Shown piece by piece: positions 37,200 through 47,628 of a stretch of DNA of 64,000 bases (positions are counted from its first letter, which is position 1; each line of letters begins with the position of its first letter). The stretch comes from Planctomycetota bacterium (lineage in GTDB: Bacteria > Planctomycetota > B15-G4 > SIAN01), in contig JANNXA010000040.1 in NCBI GenBank assembly GCA_031409275.1, forward strand, positions 192,568 through 256,567, given 5' to 3'. Position numbers and translations under genes: made by a program. The notes under the pieces are model-generated. The model was not told the DNA's origin, did no database searches, and saw only the letters and a list, made by a program, of their open reading frames with translations.

Positions 37200-38567
37200 T
37201 CACGAGCGGCCGCGCACGCGCGGGAAGGCGCTGCGCGGCGGATTCACGTAACCATGGCGCACCCGCGGGAAGCGTTCGCGCAGATGCTGCTGCAGCTGTC
37301 GCATGCCGCGTGCCGGCGTGCCAGCGGCCAGACCGATCACGTCGACGTACGCCTCGGGATCGATGTTGAGGTTGCGCCACTGGATCAGGTCAAGTCCGGT
37401 TCGCTCGATCAGCCGCTCGAGCGCGGCGATCTCCGGCTCGCTGTCGGTGAAGCCGGGAAACGCGAGGTAGTTGATGCTGACGTAGGCGCCGCGGCGCTTG
37501 GCGACCTCCATCGCTCGCACCACCGCCTCGAAGCCGTAGGTGAGCGGCCGGTAGTAGGCCTGGTAGGCCGCCGGTTGCGCGCTGTTCAAGCTGACGCGCA
37601 TCGAATCGAGACCGGCCGCGCACAGCCGCTCGACGGCATCGGGGCGGCTGCCGTTGGTGTTGAGGTGCAGCGTGCCGCGCGGGGTCGCCGCGCGCAGCGC
37701 ACGGCAGATCGCCTCGATCTTGTCCGCCTGCAGCAGCGGCTCCCCTTCGCAGCCCTGGCCGAACGAGAGCATCGCGCGCGGCGCCTTGCGCAGGTGCGGC
37801 AACGCGAACTCGAGCACTTCGGCGACCTCGGGCACGAAGGCGAGGCGATCCTGCGGCGACGGGATCGGCGCGTCGGGTTGCGCCGAGATGCAGCCGATGC
37901 ACGCCGCGTTGCACGCTGGCGCCATCGGGATCGGGCACTCCCAGCGTTCGTAGAAGAGGTTCTTCGCGTTGGCGCAGCCGTAGGTGAGCGCGCAGTTGCG
38001 ACTGAGGTGGTCCACCAGCCGATTGTCGGGGTAGCGCGCCTTGAGGAGCGCCACGCGCTGCGCCAGCTCGACTTCGTCGAACTGATCGGGGTCGTGTTTG
38101 ACGTCGGCCTCGATGCGCGCGGCCGGAACGTGGAACGCCCCCTTCCACCACGCCAATGCCGCGTAGCTGAACAACGGCAAGAGCGGCGCCCCGCGCCGGC
38201 TCGAGTAGGCGGCGAGACCGAAGACCGAGTAGCCCGGCGGCAGGAAGCAAGCCGCGGCACCGTGGCCGCGCAGCGTCACGAGGCCATCCTTCGCGCGCCC
38301 CTGTTTCGCATTGAAGCCCACCGCCGTGCGACCCGGCAGCGCATAGAGCGAGCTGCCGATCGGCAACTCGATCAGCTCGCCCGGGTCGATCGGCAGGAAG
38401 TCGCGACCGCTGCGCAACGCCGGTGCGACACCCGGCAGCTCGATCAGCTGGCCGCTCTCATCCGCGACGACGACGCACGGAGCGGTGGCACGACGCGGCC
38501 GCGACCGCGGTGGCGGCGACTTCTTGCGCGATTCCTTCCTGGCGGCAGCGGGACGGGCGCGGGTCAC
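37200..38567 (-). CDS. Uncharacterised radical SAM protein
   Basis: CNAACIGCIS, SFGQGCEGEPL, NTNGS, RVSLNSA, QWRNLNIDP. GTG start overlaps the upstream stop. Confidence 0.88.
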   Translation of the reverse strand: MTRARPAAARKESRKKSPPPRSRPRRATAPCVVVADESGQLIELPGVAPALRSGRDFLPIDPGELIELPIGSSLYALPGRTAVGFNAKQGRAKDGLVTLRGHGAAACFLPPGYSVFGLAAYSSRRGAPLLPLFSYAALAWWKGAFHVPAARIEADVKHDPDQFDEVELAQRVALLKARYPDNRLVDHLSRNCALTYGCANAKNLFYERWECPIPMAPACNAACIGCISAQPDAPIPSPQDRLAFVPEVAEVLEFALPHLRKAPRAMLSFGQGCEGEPLLQADKIEAICRALRAATPRGTLHLNTNGSRPDAVERLCAAGLDSMRVSLNSAQPAAYQAYYRPLTYGFEAVVRAMEVAKRRGAYVSINYLAFPGFTDSEPEIAALERLIERTGLDLIQWRNLNIDPEAYVDVIGLAAGTPARGMRQLQQHLRERFPRVRHGYVNPPRSAFPRVRGRS

Positions 38568-40369
38568 GGGGTGAGGGTGATGACCGTCGGATTGGTCGCG
38601 TAGATCGGGCGCGGCCCGAAAACGTACGCCGCCCAGAAGGTGTCGAGGCCAGAGAGCGACGGGTCGAACGCTCCCTGCGTATCGAGCACGATCGCCGCGC
38701 TGCCGGTGCTGTCGAGGACGCCGAGCGAGTTCGAGAGGAGCGCCGTGTTCGCGAAGATAAGGGTCGTCTCGAACAGCGCGTCGTAATTGAGCGGCAGAAG
38801 GACCGGCCCGAGCTTCAGGCCCGGACTGGTCGAAAAGCTGCCGAGCAGCCAGTAGCTCGCGTTGCGCTCGTTCGGACCGACGTTCAGGTCGAAGTTCACC
38901 ACGCCACCCGTCGCCGCGGACAACACGTCGATGTCGGTGTGGAGGTCGAGGTGCAGCTCGTCGGAAGTCTGGTCGAGGCTGCCGCTGCGCCCGTCGGGGA
39001 AGAAGGGGCGCACGAAGTGGTCCGAGTTGTCGAGGCCGATGTAGTCGCCGAGGTACCAGCCATCGGTGTTCGCGAAGTCGAAGCCGGCGTCGGAGACCGG
39101 GTACTCGCGCCACTTGGTCGCGCCGTTGCTGCTGCGCGCTACCCAGACCCACTGCAGGTAGTTGTTCGGATCGAGTCGCGAGTCCCAGAAGGCGATGTTC
39201 AGGTTGCCGTGCGAGTCGACCTGCGCCCACGGCATGACCTGGTGCGAGCCGCTGGTGTCGCCGACGTTGACGTTGTTCTTCGCCCAGGTGGCGCCGCCGT
39301 CGTGCGAGTGGACCACGTAGATGTCGGCTTGCTTCGGATTGCCGCCCCAACGGTGGTAGGCGACGTAGATCGAGCCCGACCACGGCCCCTGCGTGTGGTC
39401 GACCGCGAGGCTGAAGATGTCGAAGATGCGAAAGAAGTTGTTCGGCAGCGTGAACGGCACCTGCACATAGGTGCCGGCGATCACGTCGGTGCCGAAGGTG
39501 ACGCCGCCATCCAGCGAGCGGTCGAGCCGGATGTCGAACTTGCCACGATCGGCCCACATCACCCACAGCTCGCTGTTGGGGCCGTACGCGACGTCGGGCG
39601 AGATCGCGCTCCCCTTCACGTCATCGACGCGCTGGATGTTGCGCCAGGTCGCGGCATCGTCATCGGAGACGCCCACCAGGACCGTGTCGCCCTTCGTCGT
39701 GCCGAAGCGATCCCATGCAATGGCAATCTGCCCGCGGTGCGGTCCCATCGAGAGGTCGACCGCCGACTGCACCTTGTCATTCGCGGAGTCGAGATCGACC
39801 ATCAGCGGCGCCTGCCAGGTGAGGCCGCCGTCGAGCGAACGGTAGGAGTAGACCGCGCTCCCGCCGGCGCCGAAGTACTGCAGCAGCGTGATCACCGGGA
39901 TTCCCGTCGGAGTGATCACGACGGTCGAATCGCCGTTCAACGCATAGCCAGACTCGTTTGGAAAGACGCCACTGGTCCAATTCTGGCCGCCGTCGAACGA
40001 CGTGTACCAGGTGGTGAGCGCCGAGCCCGATGCGAAGTCGATGGCGGTGCCGACGACGTGCTGCTCATCGTTGGGGTCGATGGCGATCGAGCACTCGCAC
40101 TGCGCGCCGCCGCGCCCGGCGTCGGGCTGCTGATCGGTTCCGTCGGGCGGCGACGGCGGCCGCTGCTGCGGCGTGCGCTTCACATGTTGGCGCAGTCGGT
40201 TCAGGTAGTCGGCATCGCGGCTGCCGATCGCCGGGCCGATGGGCTCGCCCGACTCGCCGGTGATCGCCTGGCCGTGCGCGACGGGCGGCTCGAAGAAGAG
40301 GCCGAAGGCGAAAGCGACGGCAGCGGCGCTGCGAAACTGCGAGCGCTCGCTGGAAAGTGGCCATCCCAT
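38564..40369 (-). CDS. Secreted BNR/Asp-box (sialidase-like) beta-propeller protein with a C-terminal beta domain
   Basis: Six Asp boxes (S.DGG..W/F), signal peptide, GDYIGL. Confidence 0.85.
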   Translation of the reverse strand: MGWPLSSERSQFRSAAAVAFAFGLFFEPPVAHGQAITGESGEPIGPAIGSRDADYLNRLRQHVKRTPQQRPPSPPDGTDQQPDAGRGGAQCECSIAIDPNDEQHVVGTAIDFASGSALTTWYTSFDGGQNWTSGVFPNESGYALNGDSTVVITPTGIPVITLLQYFGAGGSAVYSYRSLDGGLTWQAPLMVDLDSANDKVQSAVDLSMGPHRGQIAIAWDRFGTTKGDTVLVGVSDDDAATWRNIQRVDDVKGSAISPDVAYGPNSELWVMWADRGKFDIRLDRSLDGGVTFGTDVIAGTYVQVPFTLPNNFFRIFDIFSLAVDHTQGPWSGSIYVAYHRWGGNPKQADIYVVHSHDGGATWAKNNVNVGDTSGSHQVMPWAQVDSHGNLNIAFWDSRLDPNNYLQWVWVARSSNGATKWREYPVSDAGFDFANTDGWYLGDYIGLDNSDHFVRPFFPDGRSGSLDQTSDELHLDLHTDIDVLSAATGGVVNFDLNVGPNERNASYWLLGSFSTSPGLKLGPVLLPLNYDALFETTLIFANTALLSNSLGVLDSTGSAAIVLDTQGAFDPSLSGLDTFWAAYVFGPRPIYATNPTVITLTP

Positions 40370-40428
40370 CGAAGGCTCCTCGTCACGTTGCCTGTCGCGG
40401 CAGCGCGACGCCGCGCGCGCAGAAACGG

Positions 40429-40505
40429 TGGTGCGTCCGAAAGGATTCGAACCTTTGGCCTTCGGCTTCGGAGGCCGACGCTCTATCCAGCTGAGCTACG
40501 GACGC
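40429..40505 (-). tRNA. tRNA-Arg (CCG)
   Basis: 77-nt cloverleaf GCGTCCGTAGCTCAGCTGGATAGAGC...CT CCG AA...GGTTCGAATCC...CCA. Confidence 0.96.
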
Positions 40506-40566
40506 ATCGTTGGACCGCGCGAGGCGATCCAGCGAGCGCGCCATGCTGCCGGGCGGCCACCGCGAG

Positions 40567-42084
40567 TCAAGGGTGGTCGCCGCCGCCCGCGCCGTAGCCC
40601 AACGCCTCCATCTGCGCGCGCTGCTGCGCGCTCATCGGCGTGCTCTCGACGGCCAGACCCTGTGCCGCGAGCTGCGCACGGCGCGCCCGCGACGCCGCCG
40701 TCAACGCCGCGGCTCGCACCGGATCGCGCGCGAGGAGATCGCTCCGTTCGAACGGATCGGCGACGACGTCGAACAGCTCGACGACGTCGCGGCGACCCGC
40801 GTAGTCGAGCGAAGTCTCGATCAGTCGCAGCGGCCAGCTCTGCACCAGGAACGCCGCGCCTTGCTTGCCGCGCTCGAGATGGGCGACGAGCGGAGCGTCC
40901 CGCAGGAACTCACCGCCGTCGAGCAGCGGACGCAGCGACTGGCCGTCGCCGATGCGCCCCGCCTCCGCCACTGGCAGCAGATCGAGCAGGTCGAGCAGCG
41001 TCGCCGGCAGATCGACCAGCGACACCGGCGCCTCCAATCGCCGCCCACCACCGCCACCTGCCGGACGCACCAGCAGCGGCACGTCGACCACCTCATGGTG
41101 GAGCGTGAATCCGTGGCCGAAGCCGCCATGGTCGAACAGCTCTTCGCCGTGGTCGGCGGTGACGACGACCAGCTCCTCATCGCCCGCGGCGCCGGCGCGA
41201 CGCCGCTCGAGGAAGGCGCCGATCACGTCGTCGGTGTAGGCCACCGCGGCGGCGTAGCGGGCGCCGAGATCGGCGCGGTCGGCGGCCGTGACGTCGGCAC
41301 GCCGGGCGACCTTGCCTTTGCGCATGACGTCCTTCCAGAGGTCGTTCTGGAACGGGAAGTCGGAAGCGCCCGCCACTCGAAAGCGGTCGCGCCAGGCGGG
41401 TGGCGTGAGGTACGGGCCGTGCACGTTCATCACGTGCAGGTAGAGGAAGGTCGGCTGCGCGGTCGGCTGCGCCAGAAGCGCTTCCGCCTGCGCGACCAGC
41501 TCCGTGACGTCGGGATAGTCGCGCGCGTGGTCGCTTTCATCGAAGACGAAGGTGTCGAAGCCCTGGTCGAAGCCGAACTGCGGCGAGGCGTTGGGGTTGC
41601 CCGAAACGCCCAGCGTCCGGTAGCCGTGTTCCCGGAAACGCTCGGCCAGGAGCACGAGCTCCTCGGGCAGCCGCGCGTACTCGTGGCAGCCGTGGCGCGT
41701 CGGGTAGAGGCCCGTCAGCAACGACGCCGTGCTCGGCTCGGTCCAAGAACTCGCCGCCATGCAGTGGTCGAAGATCAGCGCGTCGGCGGCGAACGCGTCG
41801 AGGCGCGGGGTCAGCGGGCGCCGCTCGCCGTAGCAACCGAGGTGGTCGCGCCGCAGCGTGTCGATCACCACCAGCAGGACGTTTTGCGGCTTGGGCGGCT
41901 TCGCGGTGGCAGGAGCGGCGGGCGCTGCTTGGGGCGTCGGTGCCGGTGCGGCCCCGATCGCGCACGCGACGACACCAGTCGCCGTCGCGACCGCCCATCC
42001 GACCGCCCACCCGACGGCACTTCCGATCGCCGCGCGCGCCGCGGCACGCGGTTCTCGGGAGAACGCTCCCTTGGCAAGGCGCAT
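40567..42084 (-). CDS. Sulfatase-like hydrolase (alkaline phosphatase superfamily)
   Basis: [49 protein letters not shown]-terminal ALGY. Start approximate. Confidence 0.88.
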   Translation of the reverse strand: MRLAKGAFSREPRAAARAAIGSAVGWAVGWAVATATGVVACAIGAAPAPTPQAAPAAPATAKPPKPQNVLLVVIDTLRRDHLGCYGERRPLTPRLDAFAADALIFDHCMAASSWTEPSTASLLTGLYPTRHGCHEYARLPEELVLLAERFREHGYRTLGVSGNPNASPQFGFDQGFDTFVFDESDHARDYPDVTELVAQAEALLAQPTAQPTFLYLHVMNVHGPYLTPPAWRDRFRVAGASDFPFQNDLWKDVMRKGKVARRADVTAADRADLGARYAAAVAYTDDVIGAFLERRRAGAAGDEELVVVTADHGEELFDHGGFGHGFTLHHEVVDVPLLVRPAGGGGGRRLEAPVSLVDLPATLLDLLDLLPVAEAGRIGDGQSLRPLLDGGEFLRDAPLVAHLERGKQGAAFLVQSWPLRLIETSLDYAGRRDVVELFDVVADPFERSDLLARDPVRAAALTAASRARRAQLAAQGLAVESTPMSAQQRAQMEALGYGAGGGDHP

Positions 42085-42135
42085 CACGGTCTGAAGAATC
42101 TCCCAGCTCCACTCCGCCTTGGAAGCCTCCATCGA

Positions 42136-42618
42136 ATGGTACGAATCCCCACGCTCGCCGGCGACGTCGCCGCTCTCCGCATCGCCGTCGTGCGCGCCCG
42201 CTTCAACTCGGAGGTCACCGAGCGACTGCTGCAAGGCGCCCTCGCCGCGCTGAAGACGGCCGGCGTTCCCGAAGCCACCACCTTCGTGATCGAGGTGCCC
42301 GGCGCCGTTGAGCTCGGCCTCGCCGCCGCGCTCGCCTTCGACCACCTGATCGTCGATGCCGTCGTCTGCCTCGGCGCCGTGATCCGCGGCGAGACGAGCC
42401 ACTACGACTACGTCTGCCAGATCGCCGCCGACAGCCTCGGGCGCCTCGCCCTCGAACAGAAGAAACCGGTCGCGTTCGGAGTCCTTACCTGCGACGACGA
42501 AGAACAGGCGCTCGCGCGCGCGGGCGGTGACTCTGGGAATCGCGGCGCCGATGCCGTGGCGGTCGCCCTCGAGATGGTGCAGTTGGCACGCACGCTGATG
42601 CGCACCGGAGCGCGCTGA
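42136..42618 (+). CDS. ribH: 6,7-dimethyl-8-ribityllumazine synthase
   Basis: RIAVVRARFN, VPGAVEL, LGAVIRGETSHYDYV, FGVLT, QALARAG. Confidence 0.95.
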   Translation: MVRIPTLAGDVAALRIAVVRARFNSEVTERLLQGALAALKTAGVPEATTFVIEVPGAVELGLAAALAFDHLIVDAVVCLGAVIRGETSHYDYVCQIAADSLGRLALEQKKPVAFGVLTCDDEEQALARAGGDSGNRGADAVAVALEMVQLARTLMRTGAR

Positions 42619-42619
42619 C

Positions 42620-43132
42620 ATGCATCGACGCACGCGCGCGCGCGAGCTTGCCCTCCAGTTCCTCTACACGGTCGAGGTGCGTGGCGCCGATGCGCGCGAC
42701 GAGTTCGACGACTTCCTCCATCGCTCGGGCGCCTCGCGCTTCGCGCGCCACTTCGCCACGGAACTCGTCGATGGCGTCCTCGCGCAGAAGGAGTCGCTCG
42801 ACGCCGCGATCAGCGCGACCGCGACCAATTGGTCGCTCTATCGGATGCCCGCGGTCGACCGCACCATCCTGCGCATCGGCAGCTTCGAGTTGCTGCACTC
42901 GCGCGACGTGCCGGTGCGCGTCGCCTTGAACGAGGCGATCGAACTCGGCAAGCGCTACTCGACCGCGCAGAGCGGCTCCTTCATCAACGGCATCCTCGAT
43001 CAGCTGAAGTCGCGCCGCGCCTTCCCGCTCGAAGTCAGCGATGCGCCGGACGATCGCGACGAAGAGGAGCCGATCACGCTCAGCGACGACGACGACGCGC
43101 CGCCCCCCACCGCGCCGCCGGCGCGAAGTTGA
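42620..43132 (+). CDS. nusB: Transcription antitermination factor NusB
   Basis: RTRARELALQFLY, NWSLYRM..VDR.ILR, VALNEAIELGKRY, FINGILD. Confidence 0.95.
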   Translation: MHRRTRARELALQFLYTVEVRGADARDEFDDFLHRSGASRFARHFATELVDGVLAQKESLDAAISATATNWSLYRMPAVDRTILRIGSFELLHSRDVPVRVALNEAIELGKRYSTAQSGSFINGILDQLKSRRAFPLEVSDAPDDRDEEEPITLSDDDDAPPPTAPPARS

Positions 43133-43139
43133 GCCGGCG

Positions 43140-44078
43140 ATGATCTTCGCTCGACTGCGCGAAACGCTGCGGAAGACGCGCGAGAAGCTCGCCGGCGGCC
43201 TTTCGAAGCTGTTCGGGCTCAAGCGCGAACTCGACGAGGCGTTCCTCGCCGAGCTCGAGGCCGTCCTCTTCGCCGGCGATCTCGGAACGACCGGCCTCGA
43301 CGTGCTGGCCACGCTGCGCGCCGAGTACCGCGAGCGCAAACTGAAGAGCACCGAGGAGGTGCGGTTGCGCCTGCGCGCGTTGCTGCGCCAGAAACTCGGC
43401 GAACCCGCTCCGAGACTGGCGCAGGCGGCGAGCGGCCCGACCGTCGTGCTGATCGTGGGCGTCAACGGATCGGGCAAGACCACGTCGGTCGCCAAGCTCG
43501 CCAAGCGGTTGAAGCTCGACGGCAAGCAGGTGATGGTCGCGGCGTGCGACACCTTCCGCGCCGCGGCGGTCGAGCAGCTCGCGACCTGGGCCGCGCGCGT
43601 CGGCGTCCCGATCGTGCGCAAGGAAGCGGGCGCCGACCCCGCCGCGGTCGCGTTCGACGCCGCGACTGCCGCGCTCGCGCAAGGGATCGACGTGCTGATC
43701 GTCGACACCGCCGGTCGTCTGCACACGCGCGAAGATCTCATGGCGGAGCTTGGCAAGGTGCGCCGCGTGCTGGACAAGAAGATCCCCGGCGCGCCGCACG
43801 AGACGCTGCTGGTGCTCGATGCGACGACCGGCCAGAACGCGATCCGCCAGGCGGAAGTCTTCACGCAGGTCGTGCCGCTGACCGGCGTCCTCCTGGCCAA
43901 GCTCGATGGCACCGCGAAGGGCGGCGCGGTCGTCTCGATCCGCGATCGCCTCGGCATCCCGGTGCGCTACACCGGCCTTGGCGAAAAGGCGGACGACCTC
44001 GAAACGTTCGATCCCGAGCGTTTCCTCGACGCGCTGCTCGAAGAGACGCTCGGCCAGGCCGAGGATGCCGCCGGGTGA
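43140..44078 (+). CDS. ftsY: Signal recognition particle receptor
   Basis: GVNGSGKTT, DTFRAAA, DTAGRLHT, DATTGQN, KLDGTAKGG. Confidence 0.96.
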   Translation: MIFARLRETLRKTREKLAGGLSKLFGLKRELDEAFLAELEAVLFAGDLGTTGLDVLATLRAEYRERKLKSTEEVRLRLRALLRQKLGEPAPRLAQAASGPTVVLIVGVNGSGKTTSVAKLAKRLKLDGKQVMVAACDTFRAAAVEQLATWAARVGVPIVRKEAGADPAAVAFDAATAALAQGIDVLIVDTAGRLHTREDLMAELGKVRRVLDKKIPGAPHETLLVLDATTGQNAIRQAEVFTQVVPLTGVLLAKLDGTAKGGAVVSIRDRLGIPVRYTGLGEKADDLETFDPERFLDALLEETLGQAEDAAG

Positions 44079-46309
44079 CCGCCGCTCTGCTGGTCGCGGC
44101 GCTGGCGTTGGTCGCCGCGGCGACGCAGCCCTATGCGTTCGACCTGCTGGCGCTGAAACGCTCCCTGCTGTTCCTGAGTGCGCTGCCGCTGCTCGCCTCG
44201 CGACCGCTGCAGCAGTTGCTGGGTCGGCCGCTGCACGGACCGCTGAAGGCGCTGGTCGGCGCGCTGGGAGTGCTGCTCCTGGCCGGCTTCGCGGGGAACC
44301 TGAACCCGACCTTCGCGTCGGCCTCGGCACCGTCAGCTCCGGTGCTGGCGTGGCGTTCGACCTTCGAATTCCTGCTCTTCGTCCTGCTGGCGCTGCTGAC
44401 GCGAGAGGTGGCTTGGGAGCAGGCCGGCCGCCTGCTGGCCGGCATCACCTGGATCGGCGCGGCGCTCGCGTTGGTGGCGCTGCTGCAAGTGGCGGGCTTC
44501 GATCCGATCTACGGTGCGCAGTCGTTGCGCGTCGCCGTCGCCACCTTCGGCAACAGCAATGCCTTCGCGGCCTTCGCCGCGCCCGCGCTTGCCGTCGCGA
44601 TCGGCCTCGCGAGCCGCGAGCGCGCCCTCGCAGCGCGCGTCGGCGTCGTGCTCCTCGCGGCGGCGCTGGTCGTCGCACGCGGCCGCGGTGGCTGGCTCGC
44701 CGCCACCATCGGCGCGCTCGCGGCGCTGCTGGTCGCCGCGCGCACGGGACGCAGCTGGCGGCCGGCGGCCGGCATGTTGCTGATCGGCGGCGCGCTCGGA
44801 TTCGCGCTCACGCTCGGGCCGCGTGGCGGCGACGAGCAGGCGAGCAAGCCGCTCGGTCTGGGCCTCGAGCGCCGCTCGAACGTGGTGCGCCTCGAAGTCG
44901 CGAAGGCGACGCTCGAGGTGATTGCGGACGCCCCATGGATCGGCCACGGGCCCGGCAGCTTCCGCCACGAGTTCCCGCTGCACCGGCGCGCAGCGGAGGC
45001 GGCGATCGCGACGCGCGATGGCGCCGCTTCCGAGGTCGACCATCCGCACGTCGAGTGGCTGCGGTTGGCCGCGGAAGGCGGCTGGCTCACCGCCGGACTC
45101 GTCGCGGTGGCGCTGCTCGGAACGCTGTTGGCGGCGGCTCGTGGACCGAAGGTGGCGCGCGCCGACGACGGCGCGATGCGCGCGGCCGCGGCCGGCGGAG
45201 TCGTCGCCTGGCTGATCGCGTCACTCACCTGGTCGACGCTCTACGATCCAGCGACGGCGCTCCTCGGAGCGCTGCTGCTCGGCATCGCGAGCGCCGGCGA
45301 GGAGGAGGTCACGCTCGTCGCGCCGCGCAACGCCTGGCTGGCGAGGCTCTTTTCCGTCGGCCTCGCGCTGCTGCTCGCATGGAGCGGCGCGCCGACGCTT
45401 GCGGCCGAGTGGCGGGAGTTCAGCGCGGCACGCACCGGCCGCATCGACGCCAGCGAACTTGCGGCCATCGCAGCGCTCGATTCCAACAACCCGGAACGGC
45501 AGTACGCCACCGGCGCGCTCTTCCTGGTGCAGGCGCGCAGTGCGCCGCCGGCAGCGGCGCCGGCGCTGCTCGCAGGAGCCCGCACCGCGTTCGCGCGCGC
45601 GCTGAAGCTGCTGCCGCGCCATGTGCCGTCGCTCGCGGGACTCGCCGAAGTGAGCTCGCGCCAAGGGGACGCCGTCGAGAGCCGTCGGTTGCTGATCCGG
45701 CTGCAGCAACTCGAACCGTGGCGCGGGTCGGTGGCGACCGCGAGCGCCGCGCTCGCAGCCGCCGCCGGACGCGACCTTGACGCGGCGGAGCAGCGCCTCG
45801 CCAACGAAGGCGACGCCGCGATCGCGCCGCTCTTCGCGCAGGCGCAGGCGTGGCGCGTGGCGGGCAGGAATCGCAACGCCGCGCAGCTGCTCGACCTGCT
45901 GGTGCAAAGTGCACCGGAGCAAGGCGACCTGCAGCGCGAGTTCGCGCTGGCGCTGAAGGACCTCGACGACGACTCCGGTTATCGCCGCGCGTTTCGCCGA
46001 TCGCAGCTCTGTTTCGCGCTCGATGCGCTCGAGGCCGGCGAGGCGAAGGCGGCACGCGGCAACCTCGAGATCGCGCGCCGCTATCTGCCGGAAGGCGCGT
46101 CCGCCTCGCTCGAAGAGCTGCTCCAGGCGTGCAGCGAACTCCAGAGCGGCGACTTCACCGCGGCGAAGCAGCGCCTCGAATCGCTCGATCCCGCCGCGGT
46201 GCAGACGTCGCTGGCGAGCGCCGGCCCGCGGCTGCTCGCCCAACTGCGCCTGCTGCACGCCGCCCCGACGCTGGCGCCGGCGGCGGAACGCCTGCAACTG
46301 CCGCGCTGA
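44075..46309 (+). CDS. O-antigen ligase (Wzy_C)-family membrane protein fused to TPR repeats
   Basis: About 12 TMs, TFGNSN, RGGW, G.GPGSF, DHPHVEWL...AEGG; TPR-like C-terminus. GTGA overlap with ftsY. Confidence 0.8.
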   Translation: MTAALLVAALALVAAATQPYAFDLLALKRSLLFLSALPLLASRPLQQLLGRPLHGPLKALVGALGVLLLAGFAGNLNPTFASASAPSAPVLAWRSTFEFLLFVLLALLTREVAWEQAGRLLAGITWIGAALALVALLQVAGFDPIYGAQSLRVAVATFGNSNAFAAFAAPALAVAIGLASRERALAARVGVVLLAAALVVARGRGGWLAATIGALAALLVAARTGRSWRPAAGMLLIGGALGFALTLGPRGGDEQASKPLGLGLERRSNVVRLEVAKATLEVIADAPWIGHGPGSFRHEFPLHRRAAEAAIATRDGAASEVDHPHVEWLRLAAEGGWLTAGLVAVALLGTLLAAARGPKVARADDGAMRAAAAGGVVAWLIASLTWSTLYDPATALLGALLLGIASAGEEEVTLVAPRNAWLARLFSVGLALLLAWSGAPTLAAEWREFSAARTGRIDASELAAIAALDSNNPERQYATGALFLVQARSAPPAAAPALLAGARTAFARALKLLPRHVPSLAGLAEVSSRQGDAVESRRLLIRLQQLEPWRGSVATASAALAAAAGRDLDAAEQRLANEGDAAIAPLFAQAQAWRVAGRNRNAAQLLDLLVQSAPEQGDLQREFALALKDLDDDSGYRRAFRRSQLCFALDALEAGEAKAARGNLEIARRYLPEGASASLEELLQACSELQSGDFTAAKQRLESLDPAAVQTSLASAGPRLLAQLRLLHAAPTLAPAAERLQLPR

Positions 46310-46336
46310 CGCGCGCGGGCGCGCCGCACGCTGGCG

Positions 46337-46879
46337 TCAGCCGTTCGCGCCCGCCGCGCCCGCCGCGCCGTGGTTGCCGGCCGCGACGCACTTCTTGCAG
46401 TTGCCGAAGATGCGCAGCGAATGGGAGCTGATGTGGAAGCCGTGCTCCTTGGCGACCTGCTCCTGCAGCTCCTCGATCCGTTCTTCTTGGAACTCGATCA
46501 CATGGCCGCAGCGCACGCACATCAGATGGTCGTGGTGCTCGCGACCGAGGATGTGCTCGTAGCGCTTGGTGTCGCCGCCGAGTTCGAGCATGTCGAGGAA
46601 GCCGCCCTCGACCAGCAACGAGAGGGTGCGATAGACGGTGGCGCGCGAGACGTCGTCGCGACCGCGCCGGAACGCCTCGTGGATCTCTTCCGCCGTGAAG
46701 TGGCGGTTGGTCGCGAAGACGCGCTTCAGGATGCGGCGACGCTGCGACGTGAGCTTCAACCCCTTGCGGCGGATGAAGGTCTCGAACTCGCGTTCGACGC
46801 GCTCGAACGCGGTCGCCACTGCGACGCGACGAGTCGGCGTTGTCGCGTGGCCGCTGTGATTGGACTGCGGATCGATCAT
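46337..46879 (-). CDS. Fur family transcriptional regulator
   Basis: GLKLTSQR, HFTAEE, SRATVYRTL, HHDHLMCVRCG, C-terminal CKKC. Confidence 0.93.
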   Translation of the reverse strand: MIDPQSNHSGHATTPTRRVAVATAFERVEREFETFIRRKGLKLTSQRRRILKRVFATNRHFTAEEIHEAFRRGRDDVSRATVYRTLSLLVEGGFLDMLELGGDTKRYEHILGREHHDHLMCVRCGHVIEFQEERIEELQEQVAKEHGFHISSHSLRIFGNCKKCVAAGNHGAAGAAGANG

Positions 46880-47628
46880 GCGCCCGTACCCTCTCCTGCA
46901 GGCGATGCCATCGCGGCCGGCCCTTGTTCCGGCAGTCGGCCGTAGTAGGCGCGGTAGAGCTTGGCGGGCGAGACGCCCAGGCGAAAGCCCCAAGCGATCG
47001 CGAGGTTCAACAAGGTCGTCTTGCAGATCCCGTGACGCTCCCAGCGCCGGGCACTGAGATGGATGGGGCGTTGTGTCTCGACGATCGTCCCGAGCGCGCG
47101 CAACCGCGGCGCCATGCCGAGGTCTTCGCACAGCGGCAGGTCGGGAAAGCCGCCGATGCGCACGAAATCGGCGCGCCGCAACAGCAGCCCCGAATCGCCG
47201 TAGGGACAACGCCGTACGCGCGCCCGCCAGGAAGCGACGTCCTCGATCCATCGGTAGGCGCGGCGATCGCCGTCGATGCGCTGGCGAAAGACGACCGCGC
47301 CAACGCCGGGCGCCGCGAGGGCGGCGCGCGCTTCGACGAGCGCGCCTGGCTCGAGCCAGCAGTCGGCGTGGATGAAGAGCAGCTCGCTGCCGCTCGCGGC
47401 GGCGGCACCGCTGTTCAGCTGTCCACCGCGACCTGGACGACAGACGACTCGCCGCGCGCCGCACTGCTCGATCATCGGAAGCGCTGCTTCGTTGCCACCG
47501 CCATCGGCGACGATCAGCTCGGCCACGCCCTCCTGCGCCGCCAGCAACGGCAGGTGGCTCGTCAACGCGGCCGCGTCGGCGAGCGCCGGAACCACCACGC
47601 TCACGCAACGGGGGACTTCGCCGCTCAC
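46876..47628 (-). CDS. GT2 glycosyltransferase (TIGR04283-like)
   Basis: SVVVP, VADGG, GRGGQLNSGA, LFIHAD, PYGD.G, GGFP..PLCED, SARRW. Confidence 0.85.
   Translation of the reverse strand: MSGEVPRCVSVVVPALADAAALTSHLPLLAAQEGVAELIVADGGGNEAALPMIEQCGARRVVCRPGRGGQLNSGAAAASGSELLFIHADCWLEPGALVEARAALAAPGVGAVVFRQRIDGDRRAYRWIEDVASWRARVRRCPYGDSGLLLRRADFVRIGGFPDLPLCEDLGMAPRLRALGTIVETQRPIHLSARRWERHGICKTTLLNLAIAWGFRLGVSPAKLYRAYYGRLPEQGPAAMASPAGEGTGA

Noticed and set aside
41989..42030. Degenerate 12-bp tandem repeat (GACCGCCCA(T/C)CC)
   Set aside because: Only 2-4 imperfect units encoding AVGW/AIGS in a signal region. There are no spacers, so it is not a CRISPR array or a convincing contingency locus.
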